Shown here piece by piece: positions 27,731 to 37,781 of a stretch of 64,000 nucleotides of DNA. The notes under the pieces were generated by a model. The model made no database searches. It saw nothing but the letters and a program-made list of their open reading frames with translations, and was not told where the DNA came from. Made by a program: the position numbers and the translations under genes. Source of the stretch: a virus. Lineage: Duplodnaviria > Caudoviricetes. Position 1 is the stretch's first letter. Each line of letters begins with the position of its first letter. Where the stretch lies: the IMG/VR virus record IMGVR_UViG_3300034374_009547; one strand, given 5' to 3'.

Positions 27731-28733
27731 ACACTTAGATGAAGGCGTAGGACGTATTGTAAAAGGTGTAAACACAACGCCAGATGTCGGAGTGGATCAA
27801 ACACGTATTGAAGCAGCAAAGTTCGGCAACAAAGTAGACAAAGACGGACGTCCGCCTACACTAAGCAGCAAAGTAAAAGGAAAGAGCACAAATGTTCTTT
27901 TTAATCTAGGCCTTACAGAAGGTATTAAATTGCGCCTAGAGCGTGATAAACATATGGATGTATTACACATACAGGATACAAAAGAAAAACATCGTGTAGA
28001 GGTGCGTGGTAAAAAAGACTACGAAAGCGGCGGCTACGATCCAAAGGATAAACTTCATCAAGTTTTAGATCGTGTGGGCAAAGCAGCAAACATCAGTGAT
28101 TTAATGAACGGAGAAGTTGTTCATATTAATCCTGGTCATCCGCAAGGTAGTAGAGCAATACGTACTGCTAGAGATGTGCTAAAAACAGAAGGTGCTCCAC
28201 GTTATACAGCAGCGGAATGGGCTATTATAGAAGGTGGACATAGTTTAGAAGATGTTAAACCGCAACCTAAAAAACCAGGTAGAATATTTTCGGCGCTTGT
28301 AGAAGACGTAGAAATAGATAACAAAGATGGTTGGGGTGCTGTACCTTGGAACCAAGAAATAGACTACAGAGGTTTGCGTGTTAAAATGAAGCCAAGTGTA
28401 TTCATTAATCTAGCAGCAAGTCGCAACGGTGAACCACCTGTGCCTAAAGTAGTAGATTATGTAAAAGGCGGCGGGGCTATAGGTGCTCCATTCTTACAAA
28501 TATTTGTAGACGAAGATGACAGCCAAATACCAGAAGTGCGTGGACACGAAGGACGCAGTAGAATGGCTGCTATATTAGAAGTACACGGCGATGTACCAGT
28601 AGAAACACATTTGTTCTTCCAAGGCAAAGTAAATCGCAACAGACACATCACACCAGAGTTTGTAGAAAAGATTCAAAGATACTTAATCAGCGAAAATGAC
28701 AAAATGGTAAGGGGGCCTTTGTTTGAGATTTAG
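27720..28733 (+). CDS. Multi-module probable internal head protein with a ParB/Srx-like C-terminal module
   Basis: Modules separated by L-x-E sites; C-terminal PFL...VRGHEGRSR motif. Confidence 0.5.
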   Translation: MRIEHLDEGVGRIVKGVNTTPDVGVDQTRIEAAKFGNKVDKDGRPPTLSSKVKGKSTNVLFNLGLTEGIKLRLERDKHMDVLHIQDTKEKHRVEVRGKKDYESGGYDPKDKLHQVLDRVGKAANISDLMNGEVVHINPGHPQGSRAIRTARDVLKTEGAPRYTAAEWAIIEGGHSLEDVKPQPKKPGRIFSALVEDVEIDNKDGWGAVPWNQEIDYRGLRVKMKPSVFINLAASRNGEPPVPKVVDYVKGGGAIGAPFLQIFVDEDDSQIPEVRGHEGRSRMAAILEVHGDVPVETHLFFQGKVNRNRHITPEFVEKIQRYLISENDKMVRGPLFEI

Positions 28734-28926
28734 AGAGATAATAGAAAACTTTGCTGACGGTAAAAAAAAAGGTAAAAGCAGACCAGGGCGTGTAAAACGC
28801 TCAGGTGCTAGTTGCAAAGGATCAGTAACTGATTTGCGCAAACGTGCAAAGAAGTATTCAGGTGAACGTGGGAGGATGTATCATTGGTGCGCAAACATGA
28901 AGGGCGGAAAGAAGAAGAAAAAATAG
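28723..28926 (+). CDS. Small basic probable internal head protein
   Basis: MRFREIIE leader followed by a K/R-rich body. Confidence 0.6.
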   Translation: MRFREIIENFADGKKKGKSRPGRVKRSGASCKGSVTDLRKRAKKYSGERGRMYHWCANMKGGKKKKK

Positions 28927-29102
28927 TAGAACTATATCCAGATGGTTATAGTACGGAGTGGAGAAAACACGAAGATATGAGTATTGACGACATAGAATGG
29001 TCACACTATATTGCTAAATACAAAGAACACGAAGCTAATAGAACAAGCACCAACGATAGAAACAAGTATTGGCAGGATTGGGCAAAAAGGAACAACATAT
29101 GA
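28884..29102 (+). CDS. Hypothetical protein
   Basis: GGAGG plus TTG start; stop overlaps the next ATG. Confidence 0.45.
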   Translation: MVRKHEGRKEEEKIVELYPDGYSTEWRKHEDMSIDDIEWSHYIAKYKEHEANRTSTNDRNKYWQDWAKRNNI

Positions 29103-29596
29103 AAATATCAGATATACTAAAAGAAGGCGATAACTTCGACTTATCGCCACAACAAAGAAAAATAGCAAATCTAGGTCGTGTTCTAATGGACCAAGCAACT
29201 ACAACTAAAAACGACGAACTATCAAATGTAATGGCAAAAGTTGGAAACGAACTTACCAACTTTGGTGCTAACTTTGGTCCAAAAAATCTTAAAGATTTAG
29301 TTTCAAAAACAGATGTTCCTGCACCAGTTATTCAAAAACTATTAGCATATGCTGACAAGATTCTTACTGCACAAACCAACTTACAAAAAGATCAAAAAGA
29401 TGGTGGATTAAATGACTCAATGTATGAAACTACAACTGCTGGTGCAGTAGCAAGTGTAGCAACTCCAGTAGGCGGCCTTGTCAGTAGACAAATGAAAAAC
29501 CCAGATGGCACTGCTAAAAACGGTTTGGATAGCGATAATGTCCTAAGTAACAGCAAGCCTAAGAAGAAGAACACTAAACGCTCTAAAGATAAATAG
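29099..29596 (+). CDS. Probable internal head protein
   Basis: MKISDILKE leader; ETTTAGAVA module; basic tail. Confidence 0.6.
   Translation: MKISDILKEGDNFDLSPQQRKIANLGRVLMDQATTTKNDELSNVMAKVGNELTNFGANFGPKNLKDLVSKTDVPAPVIQKLLAYADKILTAQTNLQKDQKDGGLNDSMYETTTAGAVASVATPVGGLVSRQMKNPDGTAKNGLDSDNVLSNSKPKKKNTKRSKDK
29588..29595 (+). promoter_or_regulatory. T4-late-like promoter GATAAATA
   Basis: Upstream of GGAG RBS and ATG 29625. Confidence 0.6.
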
Positions 29597-29624
29597 TATA
29601 GTAATTACTATTTGGAGCATTTAA

Positions 29625-30134
29625 ATGACAAAACAAATCAAAGAAGGTTTAGCAGATCTCGCCGACCGTGCTGAACGTGATCACGAAGTGCAAATGGCAC
29701 GTAGCGATCTTTACAAAATAGCCAAATATGCAATCAAACTACATGAGATGATGAAGGGTATTAGTGAAGCAGAAGGTATCGAAGGTTGGCAACAGGCAAA
29801 AATCACAAAAGCAGCAGATTATTTAGGTTCAGTATATCATGCACTGGATTATGACACAAAGTTTGAAAGTGTAGAGATTCCGACTAAATCTGTGAGTACT
29901 AAAGCATACAAACCTAAACTTACTGATAGCGAAGTAAAATCATACAAAGGTAGTTTAGCAAGTAAACTAGCAGAAGCAAAAGGTGTTTGCCCAGACTGCG
30001 GCAAGACTAGTTACACAACCTTACCAGAAGAAAAGCAAAAAGGCGTAGACGGCAAAGTATGCTGGAAAGGCTACAAGCGTATGGGCACCAAAATGAAAGG
30101 TGGCAAACGTGTGGATAACTGCGTAAAAACGTAA
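29625..30134 (+). CDS. Probable head-associated protein with DHEVQMARS and CWKGY modules
   Basis: Modules seen in T4-like phage late regions; CPDC and CWKGYKR...NCV. Confidence 0.6.
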   Translation: MTKQIKEGLADLADRAERDHEVQMARSDLYKIAKYAIKLHEMMKGISEAEGIEGWQQAKITKAADYLGSVYHALDYDTKFESVEIPTKSVSTKAYKPKLTDSEVKSYKGSLASKLAEAKGVCPDCGKTSYTTLPEEKQKGVDGKVCWKGYKRMGTKMKGGKRVDNCVKT

Positions 30135-30144
30135 GGAGAAAATC

Positions 30145-30210
30145 ATGGCGTGTAATAAACCAAATTGTAAATGTGAAAACTGCAACTGCGGTAGCGACTG
30201 CAACTGCTAA
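30145..30210 (+). CDS. Metallothionein-like 21-aa peptide (not in track)
   Basis: AAGGAG RBS; MACNKPNCKCENCNCGSDCNC has 7 Cys including three CxC pairs; TAATG-coupled to the next ORF. Confidence 0.6.
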   Translation: MACNKPNCKCENCNCGSDCNC

Positions 30211-30335
30211 TGAAAATTAGAGAAATCATATCGGAAAAATGGAGTGAAAAATACAAAAAAAGTATTAATTGCTCTAATCCAAAAGGCTTCTCACAAAAGG
30301 CACATTGCGCAGGTAGGAAAAAAAGGAAAAAGTAA
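30210..30335 (+). CDS. Small basic protein (41 aa, not in track)
   Basis: MKIREIISE leader plus KWSEKYKKSINCSNPKGFSQKAHCAGRKK; TAATG coupling on both sides. Confidence 0.7.
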   Translation: MKIREIISEKWSEKYKKSINCSNPKGFSQKAHCAGRKKRKK

Positions 30336-31024
30336 TGGACTTTCATGCACTACAACAAAAATTGTTTGAACTGGATCCAACAGATCCAAGAGAAGATTTA
30401 GCAAAACTCCAAGCACAAGCAGGTGGCAACGCTCCAGCACCTGCACCACAAGTAGACTATATTGCAGAAAGTGCAAGTGTGCCAGAAGGTTCATTAAAAA
30501 TGGATAGAAATTATAGTGTAAGCGACTTTGCTGCACTTGCTGGTGTACGTTTAGATGAAAAACAGAAAATGGGTAGTGCAGGACAAGCAAAAGGCAAAGA
30601 TCCAATGCCTAAAGCACAACCAGGACGTACTAAGCATCCTTTAAAAGATAAACTTGTAGGTGAAGCAACCCCAGACGAAGAAGATAAATTTCACACAGAC
30701 TTGGATGATCTAGTACATAAGACATTTGGTCACAGCAGTGATGAAGAAAAATCAGACAAAGATCGTATTGCCGAATTAGAAAAGCGTGTCGAAGCGTTAG
30801 AAGCACAATTAAGTGAACGCACTCTTACCAAAGGTGAAGAAAAAGAAAAAGAACGTATTGTTAAAGGTATGAAGAAAAACAAGAGCGATTTTAAAGATCG
30901 TTATGGCGACGATGCAGAAGCAGTTATGTATGCTACTGCTACAAAACGTGCAAAAAATGAATCAAGTGTTGACAGCATAAAAGATACATTGTATGCTGCA
31001 CTTAACAAAAAAATGGGATTATAA
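30335..31024 (+). CDS. Multi-module probable head/scaffold-like protein
   Basis: Several I/L-x-E sites; KERIVKGMKK...YATATK module. Confidence 0.55.
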   Translation: MDFHALQQKLFELDPTDPREDLAKLQAQAGGNAPAPAPQVDYIAESASVPEGSLKMDRNYSVSDFAALAGVRLDEKQKMGSAGQAKGKDPMPKAQPGRTKHPLKDKLVGEATPDEEDKFHTDLDDLVHKTFGHSSDEEKSDKDRIAELEKRVEALEAQLSERTLTKGEEKEKERIVKGMKKNKSDFKDRYGDDAEAVMYATATKRAKNESSVDSIKDTLYAALNKKMGL

Positions 31025-33637
31025 ATGAAACTCACAGAGCTGTTAACAGAAGGTCCTTTAGATGCATTTCTTGGTAATAGAGCTGCTCCAAGGCTAAATG
31101 CACAAAGTGGCACTGAAGCACAAATTATTGCATTAAAAGATGCATTACGTAAACATACAATTGTGACAGGTCAACTAGCAAACGGACAATTCCAAACAGC
31201 AGGCCCTGCTTGGGCAGGAGATAGCACAGGTGAATGGAGTCAAGCACTAGGTGACGCAATAATTGCATGGAAACGTAGTATAAATTTACAACTTGGCGAG
31301 AACCGTTTAGATAATACAGGCGAAGTTGGTCATCAAGATTTACAAATATTAGTGTATAGCAAATTGTATGACACTGGTAGTAAACGTGGTTTACTTAGAT
31401 TAGGTAGAGACAGAGAAGAAGAACAGCAAGGTGAGCGTGGATTACCTTGGTCAGGTGAAAGATTTAGTTATGATGCAATACCTGATACTCCTGTTACAGA
31501 AATTACAGATACTAAATCTTTTGTAAATGCTATAGGATTTAGTGGTTGGGTTGCAATTGTTACAGAATTAGCAAGAGTACGCAATCTAGAAGGCACAACT
31601 ATGGCAGATTTTATCAGTAGATCATTGCGTTACATTAATAGTGCATTTCAAGAATATCCTGATCGTTGGTTAACACAATATAGAACACTTGTTGTTACAC
31701 AAGCATTTGCAAACGAGTCGGCTACATTAGACAATGGTAAAACTATGAAATTTCTTCCTAATGTAGGAGGTGTAAATAGTGCTAATGGTGCAAAAGAATT
31801 ATATAGATATTTCAGAGATATGGCAGCAGGTCTTTTACGTAAAGGTCGTGCGGAAGAAGATGAAAAAGCTAGAGCAAATCCAGGGTCTGATGATCAAGTA
31901 AACACTGCGATTACATTATCTGAAGATAGTATCACACGTTGGGTTGTGCGTATGCATAACGCACTTGAATTTGACTTTATTGCATTTTTGCCGTTTGGGA
32001 GAGCACCAGACGATGATGTAGAAGCAATTAGTAGTCTTATGGGTCAAATCAATAGTGCAGGTGATTGGGATAGAGTTGTTGCTAAGTTTAATGACGAGTA
32101 CCAACAAAATTTAAATTTTAGACTTGCTGATGAATTAAACGATGAAGACTATGATAGATTTGTACGTAGAAACCTATTTAGAATTCGCAGAATTATGCCA
32201 ACTATTTTACATTCAGCAATAAATTGGGGTAATGACCAAGAAAGTTTAGATGTATCCGTAGATAGTGAAACATATCAAGTTAAGAAAAAATTAGAATCTG
32301 GTAAGGTAGTAGTTGTCGGTGGACGTAATAGAAACGTAAAAGATGCAATATTAGAAGATACTATTTTAAAAACAGCAATTACACAAACAGGCGGCAACAT
32401 TCCAGACATGAATGTAGAAGTCACAAGTGAAAATTTACGTGATGCTGGATTTGTTGTTATAGCCGGTATAGAACAAGCAGCACCAGAAATGGTCGCATGG
32501 TACACAGCACAAAATCCTTTTGACGAATCAAGAGCAGCACAATTAGGACCAAGACGACTTGCAGGCATTAGAGAAGAAATGGCTAGATTGCTTGCTAACG
32601 GTATGTCAAATACATCAGCTATGTCATGGGTAGCAAACGAAGTTAACAGAGATAGAGAATGGTTAATTGGTGATGGCACTGATGAAAATCCAGGTGCAGC
32701 AAATGTTCATTTTGATAGACGCTATTTAGAAGAAGGAGATCCAACTAGAAATGGTGAGTTTGGATCTAATGACGCAGATGAACATGAAATTACAGATGAA
32801 GAACAAGAGCTAATTGATCGTTTAACTGGCACTGAAGAAGAACAGCAAGGTGTTATTGCAGAAATTGCAAATGAACCTAATCATATAGAAGTATGGTCAA
32901 GTACATATAGAGGCTTTGAAAAAAGTGAACGTGAAACTTGGGATACTACAATCGGCGATGTTGATGAGTTTATAAAAATTGCAAAAGAAGGTGCAGATAG
33001 AAACGGATCCTTGCTTGAACAAGCAATTGGTAATTTTGGTTTGGTGTATGGTGCGCCAAATCTTATGGCACAAGCATTTGAAAAAAGTATGGAAAATAGC
33101 ATTCTTGCACTTATTCCTGGCGGTAGAGGACCAGGAGGTGATAACGAAACATTAGATATACTTGTGGCTGCTATTGATAACAAAACAGAATATGATTTAG
33201 TAAACGAATACTTCCGTCAAATTAGTGGTGTAACAGATGATTTGATTGATGAACTAGCAGGCGAAGAATTATTTAATTCAATGTATAATAACTTGGCAGA
33301 AAAAATTGGTGGAGAAAGTGCGGTTGACTTACGAACATCTGGTTTAACATCTAGTGTTGTACGAAGATTAGAACGTGCAGCAGAAGATCCATCACCAGAA
33401 AACTTAAATGCAATTTTGAGAGCTTTAAGCAGTAAAGAAATTTTAGATAAGGAAAGTATTACAGCAATTGTTGATGCATTAGATAACATTGTACAAGAAT
33501 TTGGTGCAACTTTTGATGATGAACAACGTGAAGAAATTGCATCAATTCAAGAACGCTTAGAAGAAATCAAAGATATAATTGATGACGAAGGCTGGTGGGA
33601 TTATATTTGGCGTAAAGCAGGAGGTTGGTTTGATTAA
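31025..33637 (+). CDS. Large acidic 870-aa probable virion (ejected/internal) protein
   Basis: MKLTELLTE leader; helical and acidic; no catalytic motif recognised. Confidence 0.55.
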   Translation: MKLTELLTEGPLDAFLGNRAAPRLNAQSGTEAQIIALKDALRKHTIVTGQLANGQFQTAGPAWAGDSTGEWSQALGDAIIAWKRSINLQLGENRLDNTGEVGHQDLQILVYSKLYDTGSKRGLLRLGRDREEEQQGERGLPWSGERFSYDAIPDTPVTEITDTKSFVNAIGFSGWVAIVTELARVRNLEGTTMADFISRSLRYINSAFQEYPDRWLTQYRTLVVTQAFANESATLDNGKTMKFLPNVGGVNSANGAKELYRYFRDMAAGLLRKGRAEEDEKARANPGSDDQVNTAITLSEDSITRWVVRMHNALEFDFIAFLPFGRAPDDDVEAISSLMGQINSAGDWDRVVAKFNDEYQQNLNFRLADELNDEDYDRFVRRNLFRIRRIMPTILHSAINWGNDQESLDVSVDSETYQVKKKLESGKVVVVGGRNRNVKDAILEDTILKTAITQTGGNIPDMNVEVTSENLRDAGFVVIAGIEQAAPEMVAWYTAQNPFDESRAAQLGPRRLAGIREEMARLLANGMSNTSAMSWVANEVNRDREWLIGDGTDENPGAANVHFDRRYLEEGDPTRNGEFGSNDADEHEITDEEQELIDRLTGTEEEQQGVIAEIANEPNHIEVWSSTYRGFEKSERETWDTTIGDVDEFIKIAKEGADRNGSLLEQAIGNFGLVYGAPNLMAQAFEKSMENSILALIPGGRGPGGDNETLDILVAAIDNKTEYDLVNEYFRQISGVTDDLIDELAGEELFNSMYNNLAEKIGGESAVDLRTSGLTSSVVRRLERAAEDPSPENLNAILRALSSKEILDKESITAIVDALDNIVQEFGATFDDEQREEIASIQERLEEIKDIIDDEGWWDYIWRKAGGWFD

Positions 33638-34281
33638 TGGCTTTTTTAGTCCATCCATTACCACCTATTTCAGTTTATGTACGAAAAGAATACTTGTATG
33701 ATTTAGAGAAGGGGCACGGTGAATATACTCCAGGAATCTGGATTAGTGTTAAAAGCACACAATACAAAGCATTGTATTTTGAAACACTATTAACAGACTA
33801 CGGAGCATTATATGACAAACTTCCTATATCGGCATTTGTTTGGAAAATACCGCACGGCGAGATTCTTCCGCTTGATGTGCTACAGCTTTGGGATTGTTTT
33901 GATTACGACATTACCGTTGTCCAAAAACCCATCTTGTCTAGATGTGAATTTTTTGGAAAGGACAAACGTATGCATGCCGGTGAGTATGAGTTCACCATCG
34001 ATAATTGTCACCGCGATCATTCCGTCCTTGACACCAACTTCTCAGAACACGATCCTGAGCACAAATCATTTAATGTTATTAGACTTGACAACGGTCAATT
34101 CGCTGCTCAGCCTAATAACAGGGTTATCTGGAGAGATAGCTCCTTAACACCTGAGAAACTATTAACACCAGATTTTAAAGTGTGTACACAAAACTATGCT
34201 GTAGAAACAGAACCAAAATGGAGTGTTGGTCATACTGACGAATGGCAGTATAAAACACTTGACGAAGAATCGAAAACATAG
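33637..34281 (+). CDS. Conserved hypothetical protein
   Basis: TAATG coupling; VRKEYLYD...AAQPNNR motifs. Confidence 0.7.
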   Translation: MAFLVHPLPPISVYVRKEYLYDLEKGHGEYTPGIWISVKSTQYKALYFETLLTDYGALYDKLPISAFVWKIPHGEILPLDVLQLWDCFDYDITVVQKPILSRCEFFGKDKRMHAGEYEFTIDNCHRDHSVLDTNFSEHDPEHKSFNVIRLDNGQFAAQPNNRVIWRDSSLTPEKLLTPDFKVCTQNYAVETEPKWSVGHTDEWQYKTLDEESKT

Positions 34282-34287
34282 TATATT
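34259..34287 (+). promoter_or_regulatory. Sigma70-like promoter TTGACG-N17-TATATT
   Basis: Exact spacing; upstream of the replication genes. Confidence 0.6.
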
Positions 34288-34311
34288 AAAACAATAACCA
34301 AGGAGTATTAT

Positions 34312-34578
34312 ATGAGCGATCGTGTCTATGGCCCTGAAGAAAAGGCCAAACTAGAACGTTTAGTCAAAGAAGGCGTAACCGTTTTACAAGAAATTGAAGA
34401 TTTGCAAGGCGGATTAAAAGAAACAATTAAAGCAGTAGCAGAAGAATTAAATGTAAAACCAAGTTTAATTAACAAAGCAATAAAAGTTGCACAGAAACGT
34501 GATTGGTCACGTGTACAAGACGAGTTTGAAGACTTAGAAACTATCGTAGCTACAACTGGTTACGATAAAGATGCATAA
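34312..34578 (+). CDS. Small dsDNA-binding protein (T4 DsbA / GapR-like)
   Basis: 88-aa helical protein, LKETIKAVAEELNVKPSLINKAIK pattern; AAGGAG RBS. Confidence 0.6.
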   Translation: MSDRVYGPEEKAKLERLVKEGVTVLQEIEDLQGGLKETIKAVAEELNVKPSLINKAIKVAQKRDWSRVQDEFEDLETIVATTGYDKDA

Positions 34579-34587
34579 GGACTATAT

Positions 34588-37251
34588 ATGCCATACGTAG
34601 ACGCATTTTTTGACAGAGACGCAGACATTATTCGTGCAGTAGAACGCAAAGATGGTAAACGTCACTATCAAGAATATCAAGCAAAGTACACATTTTACTA
34701 TGAAGATCCAAGAGGCAAATACAAAAGTATTTTTGGTGATCAATTGCAACGAGTAGTATGCAAAAACACAAAAGATTTTAGAAAAGAACTTGCTATAAAC
34801 AAAGGCAAGAAAATGTTTGAGTCGGATGTAAACCCAATCTTTCAGTGTTTGAGTGAAAACTATCTTAACCAAGATGCACCTAAACTGAATGTTGCGTTTT
34901 TCGATATTGAGACAGACTTTGATCCAGAACGTGGCTTTGCGGATCCTAGTGATCCATTTATGCCAATTACTGCAATCACGGTACACTTACAATGGCTTGA
35001 TGCACTTGTAACTTTTGCACTTCCACCAAAGACACTTACTATAGAACAAGCACAGGCAGAAGTTGCAGATTTTGATAATACTTATTTGTATGCTAACGAA
35101 GGAGACATGCTAGAAGCATTTCTCGATGTTATTGAAGATGCAGATATTTTGTCTGGTTGGAACTCAGAAGGTTATGATATTCCTTATACGGTAAATCGTG
35201 TTAGTCGTATACTAAGTAAAGATGATACAAGACGCTTTTGTTTGTGGCAGCAATTGCCTAAACGTAGAGAATTTGAAAAGTTTGGTAAGACTGCTGAAAC
35301 ATTTGATACCATCGGAAGAGTCCACATGGATTATCTCGAATTGTATCGCAAGTATACATATGAAGAACGTCATACATATAGACTAGATGCTATCGGTGAG
35401 ATGGAAGTTGGTGAAAATAAAACGGTATATGAAGGCACACTTGATCAACTTTATAACAACGACTTCCGCAAGTTTATTGAATACAACAGGCAAGACGTTG
35501 CACTACTAGATAAAATTGACAAAAAACTACGTTTTATTGATCTTGCTAACGAAATTGCACACGATAATACGGTGCTTCTACAAACTACTATGGGTGCTGT
35601 GGCTGTAACAGAACAGGCTATTATTAACGAAGCACATAATAGAGGTATGCAAGTCCCTAATAGACGTGAACACGAAGGCAACACAGCAGCAGCAGGTGCA
35701 TATGTTGCATTTCCAAAAAAAGGTGTGCATGAGTGGATTGGTTCAATGGATTTGAATTCACTTTATCCAAGTATTATTCGTGCTATGAATATGGCTCCAG
35801 AAACTATTATTGGTCAAATACGTTTAGATTTAACAGATGAATTTTTACACAATGCAACAACACTAGAAAAGAAAAGTTTTGCAGGTGCTTGGGAAGGCAA
35901 GTTTGCTGTATTAGAATATGATGCAGTAATGGAACAGCGTAAAGATGTTGCACTTACACTAGATTTAGAAGACGGTACTAGTCATGTACTAAGTGGTGCA
36001 GAAATATATAAATTAATTTTTGATAGTCAACAGCCGTGGATGTTGAGTGCAAATGGTACTATATTTACTTGGGAAATCGAAGGTGTTGTTCCAGGTTTAT
36101 TAAAACGTTGGTATGCTGAACGTAAAGAACTACAAGCAAAAATGCGCAAAGCAATTGCAGCAGGAAATGATACAGAAATTGCGTTTTGGGATAAAAGACA
36201 GCTGGTTAAAAAGATTAACTTGAATAGTTTGTATGGTGCTATTCTTAATCCAGGTTGTAGATTTTTTGATAAACGTATCGGACAATCAACTACACTTACC
36301 GGCAGACAAATTGCAAAACACATGGCTAGTGAAGTCAATAAAATTATCACAGGCGAATATGATCATGTAGGCAAAGCAATTATATATGGTGATACAGACT
36401 CAGTTTACTTCAGTGCATATCCTGTACTCAAAGATGAAATTGCAGCAGGAGATATTCCTTGGGGCAAAGATAATGTTATTACATTGTATGATCAACTATG
36501 TGAACAAGCAAACACAACATTTCCAGACTTTATGCGTACAGCATTTCATTGTCCACGTCCACGCAGTGAAGTTATTGCAGCAGGTCGTGAAGTTGTTGCA
36601 GACACAGGGTTGTTTATTACTAAAAAACGCTATGCAGTGCGTGTGTATGACTTGGAAGGTAACCGCACTGATAAAGACGGCAAACTAGGTAAAGTTAAAG
36701 CAATGGGTTTAGACTTGAAACGTAGTGATACGCCAGTGTTTATGCAAGACTATTTAAAAACATTGCTAGACATGGTGTTGGATCTAAAGGATGAAAAAGA
36801 TCTACTAGATAGTATTACTGAATTTAGACGTGAATTTAAAGAACGCCCAGGATTTGAAAAAGGTTCGCCTAAACGTGCTAACAAGATTGGACACTATCAA
36901 CGACTTGAAGAAAAGCAAGGCAAAGCAAACATGCCTGGACACGTTAGAGCAAGTATCAACTGGAACACACTCAAGCGTATGAATGGTGACAAGTATTCGC
37001 AAGAGATTGTAGATGGTATGAAAGTTATTGTTTGCAAATTAAAGCAAAATCCGTTACAATATACTAGTGTTGCATATCCAACAGATGAATTGCGTTTGCC
37101 TGATTGGTTTAAAGAACTGCCGTTCGATGGGGATGCTATGGAAGAAGTTATTATTGACAACAAACTTGATAACTTGATTGGTGTACTCAACTACGATTTA
37201 GAAAGTACAAAACAAAATAATACATTTAATAGTTTATTTGAGTGGGGTTGA
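34588..37251 (+). CDS. Family B DNA polymerase with 3'-5' exonuclease
   Basis: FDIETD, SGWNSEGYD, DLNSLYPS, KINLNSLYG and YGDTDS motifs; uninterrupted, no intein or intron seen. Confidence 0.97.
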   Translation: MPYVDAFFDRDADIIRAVERKDGKRHYQEYQAKYTFYYEDPRGKYKSIFGDQLQRVVCKNTKDFRKELAINKGKKMFESDVNPIFQCLSENYLNQDAPKLNVAFFDIETDFDPERGFADPSDPFMPITAITVHLQWLDALVTFALPPKTLTIEQAQAEVADFDNTYLYANEGDMLEAFLDVIEDADILSGWNSEGYDIPYTVNRVSRILSKDDTRRFCLWQQLPKRREFEKFGKTAETFDTIGRVHMDYLELYRKYTYEERHTYRLDAIGEMEVGENKTVYEGTLDQLYNNDFRKFIEYNRQDVALLDKIDKKLRFIDLANEIAHDNTVLLQTTMGAVAVTEQAIINEAHNRGMQVPNRREHEGNTAAAGAYVAFPKKGVHEWIGSMDLNSLYPSIIRAMNMAPETIIGQIRLDLTDEFLHNATTLEKKSFAGAWEGKFAVLEYDAVMEQRKDVALTLDLEDGTSHVLSGAEIYKLIFDSQQPWMLSANGTIFTWEIEGVVPGLLKRWYAERKELQAKMRKAIAAGNDTEIAFWDKRQLVKKINLNSLYGAILNPGCRFFDKRIGQSTTLTGRQIAKHMASEVNKIITGEYDHVGKAIIYGDTDSVYFSAYPVLKDEIAAGDIPWGKDNVITLYDQLCEQANTTFPDFMRTAFHCPRPRSEVIAAGREVVADTGLFITKKRYAVRVYDLEGNRTDKDGKLGKVKAMGLDLKRSDTPVFMQDYLKTLLDMVLDLKDEKDLLDSITEFRREFKERPGFEKGSPKRANKIGHYQRLEEKQGKANMPGHVRASINWNTLKRMNGDKYSQEIVDGMKVIVCKLKQNPLQYTSVAYPTDELRLPDWFKELPFDGDAMEEVIIDNKLDNLIGVLNYDLESTKQNNTFNSLFEWG

Positions 37252-37781
37252 TGTTTGAATTATTTAAAACAGAACACAAAGGTTTAGGAAGTGTTGTTGA
37301 AGTAAGTATTGATTATTCTGCACAACAAATTAAAAGGCAGTACAAAGAAAACGGAATAACTTGTAACGGAAATGAAACACAGGTAAAAAAACAAGATATA
37401 GATAATTTTTTTCAAAATGAAGTATATTGGCTTAATAAACTTCAAGGGGAATGGATACCAAAAACTCTAAATATAGATATGCATACACAAACAATAATAC
37501 AAGAATATACAGGACCAAACTTATTATACCAAAAAAACAACTTGCCTGAAAATATTGTTGAGCAAGTTATAGAAATGTATAAATTTTTTAAAGATAAAAA
37601 TGTTTTTAAAAGAAATGGAAGCATGAGTAATTTAACTTTAAAAGGAAATAAACTAATTGCTTTTGATTTTAAATGGGCAAAAAAAAGACCTGAAGGATTA
37701 GATATGGAAATTAAAAGTTATAATGATTGGCTTAGTAAAATAGACAAAAATTTAACAAACACTCTTAAGGAAATGTTATGA
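37242..37781 (+). CDS. Kinase-like fold protein (RIO/Kdo/APH-like)
   Basis: NEVYWL (helix C Glu), IQEYTG hinge, NGSMSN catalytic-loop-like, AFDF (DFG-like); very AT-rich. Confidence 0.5.
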   Translation: MGLMFELFKTEHKGLGSVVEVSIDYSAQQIKRQYKENGITCNGNETQVKKQDIDNFFQNEVYWLNKLQGEWIPKTLNIDMHTQTIIQEYTGPNLLYQKNNLPENIVEQVIEMYKFFKDKNVFKRNGSMSNLTLKGNKLIAFDFKWAKKRPEGLDMEIKSYNDWLSKIDKNLTNTLKEML

